This document shows, one piece after another, positions 1-14,283 of a DNA stretch of 64,000 nucleotides. Each line of letters opens with the position of its first letter. The first letter of the stretch is position 1. This DNA comes from Adineta vaga (lineage: Eukaryota; Animalia; Rotifera), in the NCBI GenBank assembly GCA_021613535.1, contig CP075492.1:11284001-11348000 (forward strand). Direction: 5' to 3'. The notes beneath the pieces were generated by a model. It had not been told where the DNA came from. It ran no database searches and was given only the letters and a program-made list of their open reading frames with translations. A program made the position numbers and the translations under genes.

Positions 1-635
1 AAGTCTTCTTCTTCCTCTTTCTTAACATATTTATTCAAAATTCTATTTTCTTTTTTCTTCTTTTACATTTTTCAAATGCATGAATAACTCTGGTGAACTT
101 CTATTACGTGTTAGAATATCGATGAAAGTATGCAAGAGTAATGTAAATATTCTTCTTCGTAAATCTCAAGATGACATCACCATTGATCTACATCGTTTAT
201 CCTCTTTCCGCAAAGACATTGTTGTTGTTTTTTTTTCTAAAATGGGATTCTATCACTATATAGATAAAAAAAACTATCGTCTAACATACGAAACTATCAT
301 GAGAAAAGAATGGCGCAGTAGACGAATATTTGATTTAGATAATTTTTATCAGTAAAATATTTCACGTCATGAACCGAGAGAAAATTCAATATTGACTGTA
401 TTATAATTACAATAAAGTACTAGATTTATTGTGTCATATATATGTACCCTTGATGATGAATAGTAGTATATCATAAATCGAATTTTATTAAAAAACTATA
501 CAATAGTTTGCAGACAAGTATATAAATAAAATAAATAACAAAAATATTTTCATAGTGAACTTCGCTTAGCAAAGATTATTAGACTAAATCCATCTCTTGA
601 CATTAATCATATCTGTATGGATCATTAATATCCAT

Positions 636-1886
636 TTAGCAACTAAAAATCTGTACTAATTTCATCATTTTCTCTCGAAGTTCACTAAAAGATATGCGAC
701 GAATAGGTTCATAGATCCAACATTGTTGAAGTACACAATAAAGATCAAAATCACAACAAATCGGTTGTGGATGAATTTGACGATCGATGGCAACATATCG
801 TGACACATCTTCCTCTTTAGCTATATCAGGATAAGGTACACAAGGTCTTTCAATCATTAATTGAATTAATAGAAGACCAAATGCCCAAACATCACTTTTC
901 GATGAAAAACATCCGTAGTCTTGATCTGACAAATGGATTGTTGAAGATCCCTGTCGTTTGATAACACATTCAGGCGCAAGAAAACGAGGTTGAAACTTCC
1001 ATCGACCTTCTTTTGTAAATAATGATGTCAGATGATTTTGTCCTTCAATTTTTTGTATTGCATGTCCAAAATCTGCAATACGTATGAATCCATAGGAATC
1101 GATGAGAACATTACTAGCTGTCAAATCCCGATGAACAATATGTTTCTTCTCAAGATACATCATTGCATTAGCTATTTGAAAACCAATATTAGCAATACGA
1201 CGCATTCGAGATCTGACTGTTCGACCAATGATTGGACAAAGTGAAATTAAAGAATTTCCACTATCTGCTAATACTAAATAATCGTAATCTTTGTTCGAAT
1301 AATGACCATAGAGAGTTGTAATAGAAAAAAAACAAAGTTCTTTTAATATAGTTAACTCATTAATAAAATGATCATTCTTTCTTTTGACACGTTTGATAAA
1401 AATATTAATATTTTCTTGTCGTGATTTTTTCCAAATTGCTCGCGATACACCGGCATTGTGTTTTCCACCAAAATGACCTTCAACAAAATCAACACCATAG
1501 AATTCTTTTGGATTTAAAATCCAACTTCGATCATCTTTTTGAAGAATTAATTCATTCGTTAATTTTGTTACTGTTTCTTTGCTCTTTTCTTGACATTTGT
1601 ATTGTTTCAATAGTTTACTATAATTTTTTGAATCAGTCGAATCTTTATAGGATAAACGATAATTCATTACGGAACATTTATATATTGTTTCATTAACACG
1701 TACTGATAAAACAATATATGAATCTTTTGATAAGTCTGCTGTTGATAATTTATTTACTTGTATCGATGAAATAATTTCATCATTAGAAGTTTGATGACGC
1801 AGAAGATATGTTCCATATGGTTGAGAGACTAATGCTTGTACCACATACGTCGGAGAAACGCTTTGGATTGTTGGTCTACTCGGCAT
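636..1886 (-). CDS. Intronless non-receptor tyrosine kinase-like protein with degenerate N-terminal SH2-like domain
   Basis: Catalytic loop HRDLTASN (tyrosine-kinase type), DFG, FLAPE, SDVWAFG, and CW..EP.RR.SF C-lobe. N-terminal GTYLLR...YIVLSV resembles SH2 strands. First ATG (MPSRPT) is at 1886; the ORF track start at 1934 is GTG. Confidence 0.8.
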   Translation of the reverse strand: MPSRPTIQSVSPTYVVQALVSQPYGTYLLRHQTSNDEIISSIQVNKLSTADLSKDSYIVLSVRVNETIYKCSVMNYRLSYKDSTDSKNYSKLLKQYKCQEKSKETVTKLTNELILQKDDRSWILNPKEFYGVDFVEGHFGGKHNAGVSRAIWKKSRQENINIFIKRVKRKNDHFINELTILKELCFFSITTLYGHYSNKDYDYLVLADSGNSLISLCPIIGRTVRSRMRRIANIGFQIANAMMYLEKKHIVHRDLTASNVLIDSYGFIRIADFGHAIQKIEGQNHLTSLFTKEGRWKFQPRFLAPECVIKRQGSSTIHLSDQDYGCFSSKSDVWAFGLLLIQLMIERPCVPYPDIAKEEDVSRYVAIDRQIHPQPICCDFDLYCVLQQCWIYEPIRRISFSELREKMMKLVQIFSC

Positions 1887-1954
1887 GTATATAGTAATAA
1901 TAATATCTAAAATAAAATGATTGTAAATAAACACCGATTTTTTATATAAGACAA

Positions 1955-2332
1955 AATTTTTCGCCGATAAAGTTTCCTCTGTTAGAAGAAAGATTTTGTC
2001 GTCGTCTTTCGCCGAAAATCAACAAGATTAAATATTGACGTAAAGAGAAAAAGAATGAAGAGAACCGTCTATTTTCATAAATTGATTATGCGGCGTCTTG
2101 TTACTTGATTTTGTTGCTATTGAGTAAGTTGAAGGTCAGTACATCTTATCTCAATACTTTCTCTTCGTACACCTTCACAATATGCATTTTTGCTTTAAAA
2201 AATAATATCACTACACGCCTATAAACTAGAATGTGGAGTGTCAATTTACACGAGAAAGAAAGTATAGCTTTCGGCGACTTTTTTTCTCTTTCCTGTACAA
2301 GGAAAAAGGACATTTATTTTCGGCGACAAATA
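1955..2332. repeat. Four TCGCCGA motifs arranged as an inverted pair of pairs (possible degenerate MITE or regulatory cluster)
   Basis: TCGCCGA at 1961 and 2009 on +; TCGGCGA (reverse complement) at 2271 and 2320; internal spacings are 48 and 49 bp. Confidence 0.4.
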
Positions 2333-2419
2333 AAAAACTACTTTGACAATATGAAATTATTTAATGAATAAAATATGCGCACGTCTAGCACATTATATGA
2401 AAAATTTCTCAGAATTTGT

Positions 2420-2932
2420 TCAAAATTTCAGTTCCATAACGTATGCATCGGTTCGATCTTCATAATAATTATCGAGATAGTCAATAACTGTAAAACCATG
2501 TTTTATATATAAACTATATGCACGCATATTCCATACATGTAGTTGTAATTCAACTTGTAAAGCACCATACTCACGAGCATGATCGATCATATGACGTAGA
2601 AGAAGACCACCGAGACCTCGACCACATTGAGTAGGATGAAGAGTTAAATTTCTTATGTGTGCAGTATCATCTGACGTGTGTTGTAAACCATATCCGATTA
2701 TTGAATGACCGATAGTCGTAGTCTCAAGTATCCAACAATTACATGCTGGATCATGAATAGCATCAAAAAAGATGTCTGCACGCCATGAGTAATCTTTCCA
2801 TGTATCTTGCTCAATTTTCACTACTGTTTCAATATCAAGCTCAGTCATAGGTCGAATACGATATTGATTTACATTATCCACATTGATAGTGGGTGATTGA
2901 TATTCCTTATCAAGCTCTGTATATGGTGGCAT
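2420..2932 (-). CDS. RimI-like GNAT N-acetyltransferase, copy 1 (intronless, bacterial-like)
   Basis: IRPMTELDI..V..IE start, acetyl-CoA motif QCGRGLG, N..A..LY.KHGF and YY....DAYVM C-terminus typical of RimI. Confidence 0.85.
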   Translation of the reverse strand: MPPYTELDKEYQSPTINVDNVNQYRIRPMTELDIETVVKIEQDTWKDYSWRADIFFDAIHDPACNCWILETTTIGHSIIGYGLQHTSDDTAHIRNLTLHPTQCGRGLGGLLLRHMIDHAREYGALQVELQLHVWNMRAYSLYIKHGFTVIDYLDNYYEDRTDAYVMELKF

Positions 2933-3198
2933 CTTGTTTTGTAAACTGTTCGTCTAACAAAATTATATATTCTCTATTTATCATGATCATATGTTGTAAG
3001 AATGAGTCATTGATGACGTTATAACTTACGCAACAAAATGGAAATTTCTATAAATCACGAATGATTTACCTATAACAATTTTATCAAAACTATGTGTGAT
3101 TGATATTTGACAAGAAACAAATAACTGTTCACCTAAATAAAACAATGAATGATTGTAGACAAAATCATGCATTACAAAATCATGCATTAGAATATTTT

Positions 3199-3842
3199 CA
3201 CTGCTAGCCAAAAATATAAGAATACGCACATTATTTTTGGTTTTGTTCTACTTTCTTCTTTCCTTCTTGGATTGATATATCTTTTAGCACATGCGTATGC
3301 AACTATAGTCTATGCAAACATCAATTCAGAATTTCTTCTGCATTATTTATTTTCATGAAAGAATATCTATATAAAAAAAACATTTTCCCATTCATTAAAA
3401 GTCCATCGGTAATGTTTACGAGCAAATTTTAATCGAGTACGACTATGATGAGGTTTTTAATATGGTTTTTGTTCAGTTGTAGAACTATTGTAATCGACCT
3501 TGAATAAGCGTTAACGAACTGTTCGAGCACTAATGCGTTTTCCATTTGATAAACTCTATTCAGACGCTAATTGTCAACGATCTTTTTCATTAACTTGATT
3601 GAATGACGGTCTTCTTGATAGGTAGTCAATTTATTTTTATTTTGAAAAGGTCGAAAAAAACATGTTTTTTATATGGATATTCTTTCATGAAACTAAATAA
3701 CTCCGGAGAAATTCTGAATTGATATTTGTATAGACTATAGTTGCATTCGTATGTACTAAAAGACATATCAATCCAAGGAGGAAAAAGAAAGTAGAAAAAA
3801 ACAAAAATAATTTTTTCTTTCTGATATCTTTTGCCAGCCCTG
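3199..3842 (-). mobile_element. Internally deleted Tc1/mariner-type element with ~185 bp imperfect terminal inverted repeats and a transposase remnant
   Basis: 3199-~3385 is the imperfect reverse complement of ~3655-3842. Termini read CACTGCTAGCCAAAAATAT / CAGGGCTGGCAAAAGATAT, like Tc1 ends, with TA at 3843-3844. The minus-strand interior translates with stops to ISARTVR*RL...KP...RLKFARKHYRWTFNEW, a Tc1/Tc3 transposase HTH-linker segment. Confidence 0.85.
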
Positions 3843-3993
3843 TATTTAAGAGCACACGAAAGCTATGTTTCGTAACATAATATAACTATTGATGATTTTA
3901 AACATTACTGATCTTTGTACTTGTGTTGACATTTTGACTAATAGGCAATAAAATCAATAAATTCAACAAAAAAAAATGATTCATAAATATTGT

Positions 3994-4506
3994 TTAGAAC
4001 AAAAGTAACATTTCATAAGCATCTGAAGAATGAGAATAAAAGTTCGGAAGATGTCGTACGATTTGAAAGCCATGATTAGTATATAATTTACATGCACGTT
4101 TATTTGTTGTATGCACTTCTAATCTAATATTTGGAGCATTACATTGGCGAGCATAAGCTATCATATGTTGTAAAAGTAATGTACCTAACCCTCGACCACA
4201 TCGATTCGGACGAAGAGTTAGATTCGCAATAAATGATTCATCTTTGCATACATATTGAAAACCATATCCATCTATTGAATCATGAGTTGTAATGTCTTCA
4301 AGTACCCAACATTTTGAGAATGGATTAGTAAGATAACGAAAAGTACAGTCACGCTGCCAACATTCAGCTCCCCAAATGATTTGTTCGATTTCCATCACTG
4401 CATCAAGATCACTCGTAGTCATGGATCGAATCCGATAATGATCTCGACTATTTGAATCTATTTCAGATACTTGTTTAGCATCGGTACTATCTGCTTCCGA
4501 CATCAT
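3994..4506 (-). CDS. RimI-like GNAT N-acetyltransferase, copy 2 (intronless, bacterial-like)
   Basis: IRSMTTSDLDAVMEIE, RCGRGLG, LEV.TTN.RA..LY..HGF, FY....DAYEM; clear paralog of 2420-2932. Confidence 0.85.
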   Translation of the reverse strand: MMSEADSTDAKQVSEIDSNSRDHYRIRSMTTSDLDAVMEIEQIIWGAECWQRDCTFRYLTNPFSKCWVLEDITTHDSIDGYGFQYVCKDESFIANLTLRPNRCGRGLGTLLLQHMIAYARQCNAPNIRLEVHTTNKRACKLYTNHGFQIVRHLPNFYSHSSDAYEMLLLF

Positions 4507-5098
4507 TCGATGCAATTATTGAAATATTGACTGAGTTATGTTGTTTTGTATGAAAAAAACATTACAAAGTAATGAATCAGCTTTATCGTTGTTTTTTCGT
4601 TTCTAAAATTCCAAACGTCACATGTTTTACGTTGCGTCATACTTATTGTTGTATTAAGACAAGTATGAAAATCTTGTTTTATTCCTCTCTAATCATTCAA
4701 ATTTCAATCTATTCTCTGTACATTATACGAAGAAAGTATGCGATCTGACTTTTGTATTATCTTCTGACAGTGTAAAAGACTGATACACAAAGAAACTCAA
4801 TCGAGAATGTACCTGACTTATCTTCATCTAGAAAAAGGTTATAATATCATTAGTATCAGAAAGTAATTTATTTTCTCATTAAAATTTGATCTTTTGTATG
4901 AGAATTTCACGACAGATCGAACGTCTATTTCATGTTGAAAAACGATCGGCATTCAGAACAAAATAATCTATCATTCGATTCAATTTTCATAACAAATTGA
5001 CGTGACATTTGTGAGAATGTTAACAACAACACAAAAGACTAACAAGATATTCGATCTAAAAAGATGTATTTTCATTTACATTTGATTTGATTCCAACA

Positions 5099-7542
5099 AT
5101 GTTAGATCGTTTACGTGCTCTTGTTCTACCATCAAATGTACCACAAGAACAACTTGAAGTAAGTTTAGCAGCTGATTTCGAATTTATTTGTATGTAACGA
5201 GGAAATTTTAAGAAGCAAGAAACAAGTAATGATGAAGAAAAAAGAGAAGAATGGGATAGACCGATTGAATTTATCCTCTCATTAGTTGGTTGTTCTGTTG
5301 GTAAGAATTGATTCTCATTTAGATTCACACTATGTTTATCAAAATATTTCAGGTCTGGGAAATGTCTGGAGATATCCTTATATTGGTAAGTTCATATTTA
5401 TATGTTTGCTTCATCGATATTGATTTGTTATAGCATTCAAAAATGGTGGTGGTAAGACTCAATCGAAAGTATTGTAATTATTTATCATTGATATTCAATT
5501 GATTTAGGTGCTTTTCTTATTCCCTATTTTTGTGTGTATTTTCTTGTTGGAACACCATTGTATTTTCTTGAGTTATCTCTCGGACAATTTACTAGTCGTG
5601 GTGCGACTGCTGCTTTTAAGATGTCACGAATGTTCAAAGGTAATATAATAAATGTCTATCGATAGTTGATAATCAATATATTCTATTACTATTCAGGAGT
5701 TGGTTGGGCAATGGCAATAAATTCCTTTTATGTTACAGTTTATTATAATATCATTATTGCATGGTGTTTATTTTACTTTTTCGCATCATTTCGACGAAAA
5801 CTTCAATGGAGTGATTGTGGAAATTGGTGGAATACGGAACGTTGTTCGAATGCAGGTTGTATTGAGCAGAATGAAAAATGGATACTATTCTTTTTTTTCT
5901 GAAAAAACTATCTAGATGCATCGAATAATTCAACAGCACGTTTTTTCTGTCTAATGACTAATCGATCAAGTAATTGTTCATTACCTGCACTTCCACCTGA
6001 AGAATATTTTGAGTATGATTTTCATTTTGAAAAAAAAAACCAAATATCAATTTTTAACTTAAATAAATATACTAGTAATTATGTTCTACGACGCAGTAAT
6101 TCATTAGAAGAAATGGGTACTCCTCATTGGTCTTTAGTATTATGCTTACTCTTAGCATGGATACTTGTTGCTGCTTGTATCATTCAAGGAATCAAATCAT
6201 CAGGCAAAGTATACACATGAAAATATTAGATTTCAATGCTATAGTAATGTATATATATGTTATTGATTTAGGTTGTATATTTTACATCACTATTTCCATA
6301 TGTAGTTATATTTGCGTTGATTATTCGTGGTGTAACTTTACCAGGTATGTGCAATTTTTTCGAAGGAAATTCTCTTAATGTGTTTGGAAATAGGAGCAGC
6401 AAATGGTATCAAGTTCTATTTGAAACCGAATTGGAGTAAAATTCGAGAATTTGAAGTAATTGTTAATTGTACTATGATTTGAATAATGATCTTTCTATAT
6501 TGAAGGTTTGGATTGCTGCTGCTTCTCAAGTAACTTTTTCTCTATCGGTTGCATTTGGATGTATTCTTGGTTATGCTAGTTTTAATAAATTTAAATCCAA
6601 TTATCTTAGGTAATATAATCATTACGTTATTGTTTTGAAAGCAAAATTATTTATGTACGTTTAGAGATTGTATGATTGTAACAGCATGTGATTGTTTTAC
6701 TTCAGTAAGTATTGTTGAAGAAAAAGTAATGAATTTTTATATGTTAAAATGAATAATAGGTATTTGCTGGATTTGCTGTTTTTTCAATTCTTGGTTTTAT
6801 GTCATTTAAAACTGGTCTACCAGTTGATCAAGTCGCAAAAGCAGGACCTGGTTTAGCTTTCATTGCTTATCCACAAGCATTATCAATCATGCCTGGTGGA
6901 CCATTCTGGGCAGTGATATTTTTTTTTATGTTACTGACGCTTGGTCTTGATTCTCAAGTTCGTGGTGATATTATCTGCAGGAAGAAAACGAATGATGATT
7001 TTTTTCATAAATTATTTAGTTTGCATTGTCGGATGTGACTATCTCGGGTATATTGGATACTTTTAGTAGTCTTCGACGCTATAAAACTTATGTTATTATC
7101 GGATATTGTATTGTCTGCTTCCTATTGGCTTTACCAATGTGTGCACCAGTAAATGAAACATAGTTGATAGAATTGTTTATTTAATGTTCATTTTCTATTT
7201 CTAGGGTGGAATTTATTTATTTGTATGTAGAAATCGTCTTTGAGAATGAATTTCAATTGATTCTTCTGTAGACATTAATGAATGAATATTCAGCTAATTT
7301 ATCAGTCATTGTATGTGCATTCTTTGAATTCATTATCATAGCCTATATTTATGGTTCGTTCAGTATTACAAGATTTTTTTGTTCTCAATGAATGATACGT
7401 TTCCATTTTTGTAGGTTTTAATAATTTTATGGAAGATATTCGAATGATGTTAGATCGACGACCATTTGAACCTTACTGGTTTATAACTTGGTGTATAACA
7501 GGTCCGATTATTACGTTAGTAAGTAAAATGAAGTGAAATGAA

Positions 7543-7583
<41 letters not shown>

Positions 7584-8082
7584 ATGTTTGAACTATCGAT
7601 TGTATTCTTTAGATCGTTTTCTTTACATCAATTATTCAATTTAAACCACCAACTGAAGGCACTTATGTCTATTTACCATATGCAAATGCAATCGGTTGGA
7701 TTATGGTTTGTTCGTCAGTTGTATTCATACCTGGTGTACTAATTTATGAATTAATAAAATCATGGAAAGCAACAAAAACTTATCAAAATCAAGTAAAAGA
7801 ATATGGACCTTTTTCTTCTGAAATGATGTTTTTATCTTTAAGATTTCAAATCATATGCCTCATTACTTAAGAATGTTGACATATGCAAATAAACCAGAAG
7901 ATAATTGGGGACCAGCAAGAAAAGCAGATCGATACGGACGATATGATGATGAAATAAATTCGAAAACTATAGAACCAGTTGAATATACAACAACAACAAG
8001 AATGGAAGATAAAACACGAATCTATAATGATAATCTTAATAATGCGTTTGATTTTCATACAGAAATCTGTTCACGTTTATGA
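5099..8082 (+). CDS. SLC6 sodium/chloride-dependent neurotransmitter or amino-acid transporter (multi-exon)
   Basis: Spliced [29 protein letters not shown]...[33 protein letters not shown] and C-terminal PEDNWGP. Confidence 0.92.
7543..7583. repeat. (ATG/GAT)n microsatellite in an SLC6 intron
   Basis: About 13 tandem GAT units seen directly. Confidence 0.9.
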
Positions 8083-8259
8083 AATCATTTATTTCGATAA
8101 TAAACAAGTTTTATTTGAAAATCGTTCACAGGCGACATCTTTATTGCATAATATTTTGTTGGTCTTTAAATTTTTTCCGATAAGAACCACTAGAAAAGTT
8201 GAATAAATGAACAACCTTAAAAGTTAAAAAAACCAATACCATAACTTTGTTTAATCGCA

Positions 8260-9026
8260 ATGTCGACATCGGAGAGCAAGAAAAAATCTTCGAAAAAAGA
8301 TGACAAGAAAACTGATGACGTTCCTGTAGAAGAGGTATAAAGTTTAAGATCTTATTGAACAAATTTATTATTCTTAGAAAGATTTCTCTTGCTTTTCTTT
8401 TCAATCTCAACCTTTTCAGTAAGATGTAGATTTCAATTTGAAAATTATTCCTCGTTCAGGTTCATACGGCTAACAATTGGGAAAATGCTGATCTTGGTGA
8501 CAGTCAACGAAAACAAAAGTTCCTTCGACTAATGGGAGCAAAAGTAATATAAATTATAATTCACTTGAAATGAAAAATGAAACTAGATGTTTTAGAAACG
8601 TAAAGATGAAAGTGAAATAGATCGACAGAATTCTAATGAAGGTCATCAGGATGAAGATGTTTCACCTGAAAAGAAACATTGTCGATCAAGTTCGTTAATA
8701 GATTATCTTTGTTTACCAATGCTTGTGTCGTTCTTTCAGAAGCGGAAACTGAAATAATTAATCGTGAATTAGAAAAACAATTCAATGAAAGTTTACAATC
8801 GAAAATTACTCATACAAATCATGGTGGTCTAGGTTTTCATGGTGAAAGTAGTGGAGCATCGAGTTCAAATGATTGGCAACATCAATTAACGAAAACAAAA
8901 TTTGTAGCAGCGAAAACAGACGAAGGAGCATCGATGGAACATGTTGCCATTGAAACCACGAAAAAAGACGACGAAGAAGAAAAACCAAGTGATAAACAAG
9001 AAAAAAAGAAGAAAAGAAAGTCATAA
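8260..9026 (+). CDS. Small acidic protein (SMAP/C11orf58-like), multi-exon
   Basis: Spliced ANNWENADLGDSQRKQKFLRLMGAK and INRELEKQF...GGLGF, the SMAP signature. Confidence 0.8.
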
Positions 9027-9669
9027 AATATAGAAATTCTGTTGTTAAGTTTTCTATTTTATGTAAATAAACACAAGAATATCATATTCAAAATTTCTCA
9101 CTTCTTATCTTATCGACTTCAAATGAAAACTGTTGAATGTTATGCGAGATGAATCTCATAAAATCGAAATCTATTCCATGCTTACATTTTCAAGGCACTT
9201 CAACTTCTCTATTTACATAAACAATTCGTTTAATATCCGCGTAGTTGTCTATATTTAGTTAAGCTATATATAAAAAACAGTGAAACATTTCATAGAACTA
9301 CTCTTCGACATTTGAACGTACATGATGATTCTTTAAATACTCACGTTTCACATTGTAAACATACTTTACTTTCTTTCACACATTGTCAAGTCGATTCTTT
9401 GACACTTTTTTATTCATTTACTATTAACGCATAGTACTTTTCGAAACAAACGACCTTAACAGTTTCAACCCATACATTATATTAATACATTCATTCGTTC
9501 AAGTATGTCAATATATTTATAGGCATATAAAGAATTTTTTCTTGTAGTTGATTCCGAAGAGAAGAAAAAGAATGAGTATGATGTTAACGTGAAGTTCTCC
9601 TTTTTTTCTTTTTTTCTTTTTCATTTCCGACATTTGATAAACCGTTGTGAACAGTCAGTCGCAATCAAG

Positions 9670-10379
9670 ATGCCGGTTGATATAGAAGAAAAACAAACTG
9701 AAGAAGTTTTACAGAATCAAAATTCATCTATAGTAACATCATCACAAAAAGATTCGTCATCAGGAAACAAACGACACAATAAGTCGTCGCATTTAACAAA
9801 AGAAGAAATAAGACATCAACGTTTTATTAAAGATTTAAAAAAAGACATGTTAATATTCATCATTGATTGCTTTTTCTGGTTCTTATTCTAAAATCATTCT
9901 TTTTCTTTTAGTCAAGTTTGTTTAAAACAATGTATACGTGAAAGTCGGTTTGATTCAAGTATAAATCAGTCTTCTTCAAAACGTCGTACACGAACAATCG
10001 ATCGAACAAATTCTCATCGAAGATTAAAAACAGATTCAATTGTCGTGTAAATTAATATCAACTACTTTGTAATTCTTCTTCATTGCTTATTTTTAGATCT
10101 ACGATGAAAAATCGGCAACGTTCAATGGAACATTTTAAACGTGGAGAACTTAAACGTCTTACTGCCGATGTTGAAAACATTCTCGTATGTAACAGAGGAA
10201 TTTTTCTCAACAAAATTTAAAATCACATTTTTATCATATATCGTTAGACAGGATCAGAAATGAAACACTTCTATACAAAATTTATTCAGCGACCAATACA
10301 TCAACAACAGCAAGCAAGTCCTCGAATACATATTAGTTTATTGGAAGAATCACTTTTACGAGCAAATGAACAAAAATAA
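9670..10379 (+). CDS. Hypothetical basic protein, about 4 exons
   Basis: MPVDIEEKQTEE... open exons separated by short GT-AG introns; no family recognised. Confidence 0.55.
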
Positions 10380-11233
10380 AGATATCCTTATTTGAATTTC
10401 TATTTATCATATTAAAAATATGTTCACATGCGTGAAAAAAAATATCGAATGAAGTTTATGGATTTTCCTTTCGTTTCGTTTTGTTGCAAAACATATTCAA
10501 TAGTCTTTAACCCTAGTACACATTTATGATTTTGATTGGTGTTGTTGAAGTGTGCCCAATAACCTTTGATCTTTCGTCATGTAAGAAAATATTTAAATTG
10601 ATGATATAGATGTATTTATTTCTATTGACGTTTAAAATAAACATATAGAGAAACAAAGAAATTTACCTAAGAAGATTTAACATTGTAATCATGATGAATT
10701 TATTCCGAGAAATGTTGTTAAACGAATTGAATCATTTGTAATAAATTCTCTTGCGTAGAAGACAGTTGATGAATAAATAATCATAGACACAAAGTTTAAG
10801 ACAATTAGAAGAAAAGAAAAAACAAAGAAGGACTATACTAATCTAATGTTTGATATTATCACGTCTAGTTGACGTACAAATAAAATTTCACAATATGTCA
10901 AAAACAAACGACAATGTGTATGTATATATATATGACAACAAAAACAACGAAATGCAGATGAATTTTGAGCAGTAAACATTCACAAACCGGTTGCTATTTT
11001 GATGTGAGCACCTGAATTGAAAAGAAGAAAAAAAACAGAGAGAAAAAGTCATGCACAGAATCGAAGAGAAAGATTGGACATTTGAATTAGAGAACAGACG
11101 AATAATTATTTTGATATACACAAAAAAATTAGTAGAAATAAGAAAGAAACAACACATATCTCGAAGATGAGATAGACAAAAAACAAACAATGAGATTATT
11201 ATAGAAAAGAGAAGAAATCAGTTGCAAATAATA

Positions 11234-13136
<1,903 letters not shown>

Positions 13137-14283
13137 TCTTTTAGAGTTGCATATCTGTCAATGTTAGAGTTACTCTAAGAAGAAGAAAAAGAGAAAAGAA
13201 GAAAATATGCCAGTCAAACGATCGACGTGAAGACAGCGTTAAAAAAACATATGGCCTATGAACATGAACGGACGGACGGACAAAAATGGACGACCGATCG
13301 TCGTCTGTACGTTCGTATGAACACACAGGAAGGAATGAGAAAAAGAGAAGAGATGAAAAAGAAAACATTGACATGACCATGGTCAGTTTTGATCCAATAG
13401 GTTATTAGTTTGACAAAAAAAAGGAACATAGAAGAAATAATTGGTTCACTTGTTTTCAATAGGTTGAAAACGAAAGGATTTTATATAGAAAAGATAAGAT
13501 GAGTTGATAGAAATGTTTTGTCAGATGAGTTTTAAAGAAATAAAAAATAGTTTTGAAGCAAAATGACAAATATCAAATGATATTATTGGTTGTTTAAGAA
13601 TTAATTGTTGTTGTGTATTGTACCGTGATTTGATACATGTTAGGTTGAATTTCTTTTCATGTATCGACATTTATCAATGTTTTGTAATGAAACTATTAAT
13701 GTCAAAACACACTTTCGTTTCGTGTAGCAAGCAACGAAACAAAAGATTGGTTGAATACTGTTGTATTGTACTGTTAGTTTGATCAAAATTGTGATTCTTC
13801 TCAAGCGAAAAGCTGATTTTTCTATCTTTATATCGATTCAATCTTGAATTTGAACAAAAGGAAAAAAATTTAGTTCATAAATCATTGGGTTGCTTTTATT
13901 ATACTGAAGAATTTTTTGTTGTTCTTATTGTCTTCGAAAGGTAAACAATGAAAATAGAACTTTAAGGTGTTATTTTATATTAATTCCCTCAAACGTTCTT
14001 TTTTCCTCAATGACGTTCAACTGATTTTACTAATGATCATTTATCAAGAATTTAATCTTTTTCTTTTAAGAAAGAATGAATATGTTAAAGACTACTATTT
14101 TCGCATTTCTATATAAATCGATGTTGCCATAACAAAACTTGCAGGCGATGACGTCTTCATCGACATCAGTAAAAATGTAGAGTAGAAAAAAGAAATTTTG
14201 TTTATTGTTGCTATAAAATGTACCGAATAATTCTTTTTACTTTCAGTTTTTCTTTTTCTTTACTTTTGTGAATTCTCTTCAAT

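Noticed and set aside
80-355. 91-aa ORF at the window start
   Set aside because: No recognisable motif; could be a fragment of a gene outside the window.
1032-1696. Short plus-strand ORFs here and many other 60-100 aa ORFs in the track
   Set aside because: They are antisense or off-frame shadows of real exons, or low-complexity AT-rich UTR and intron sequence.
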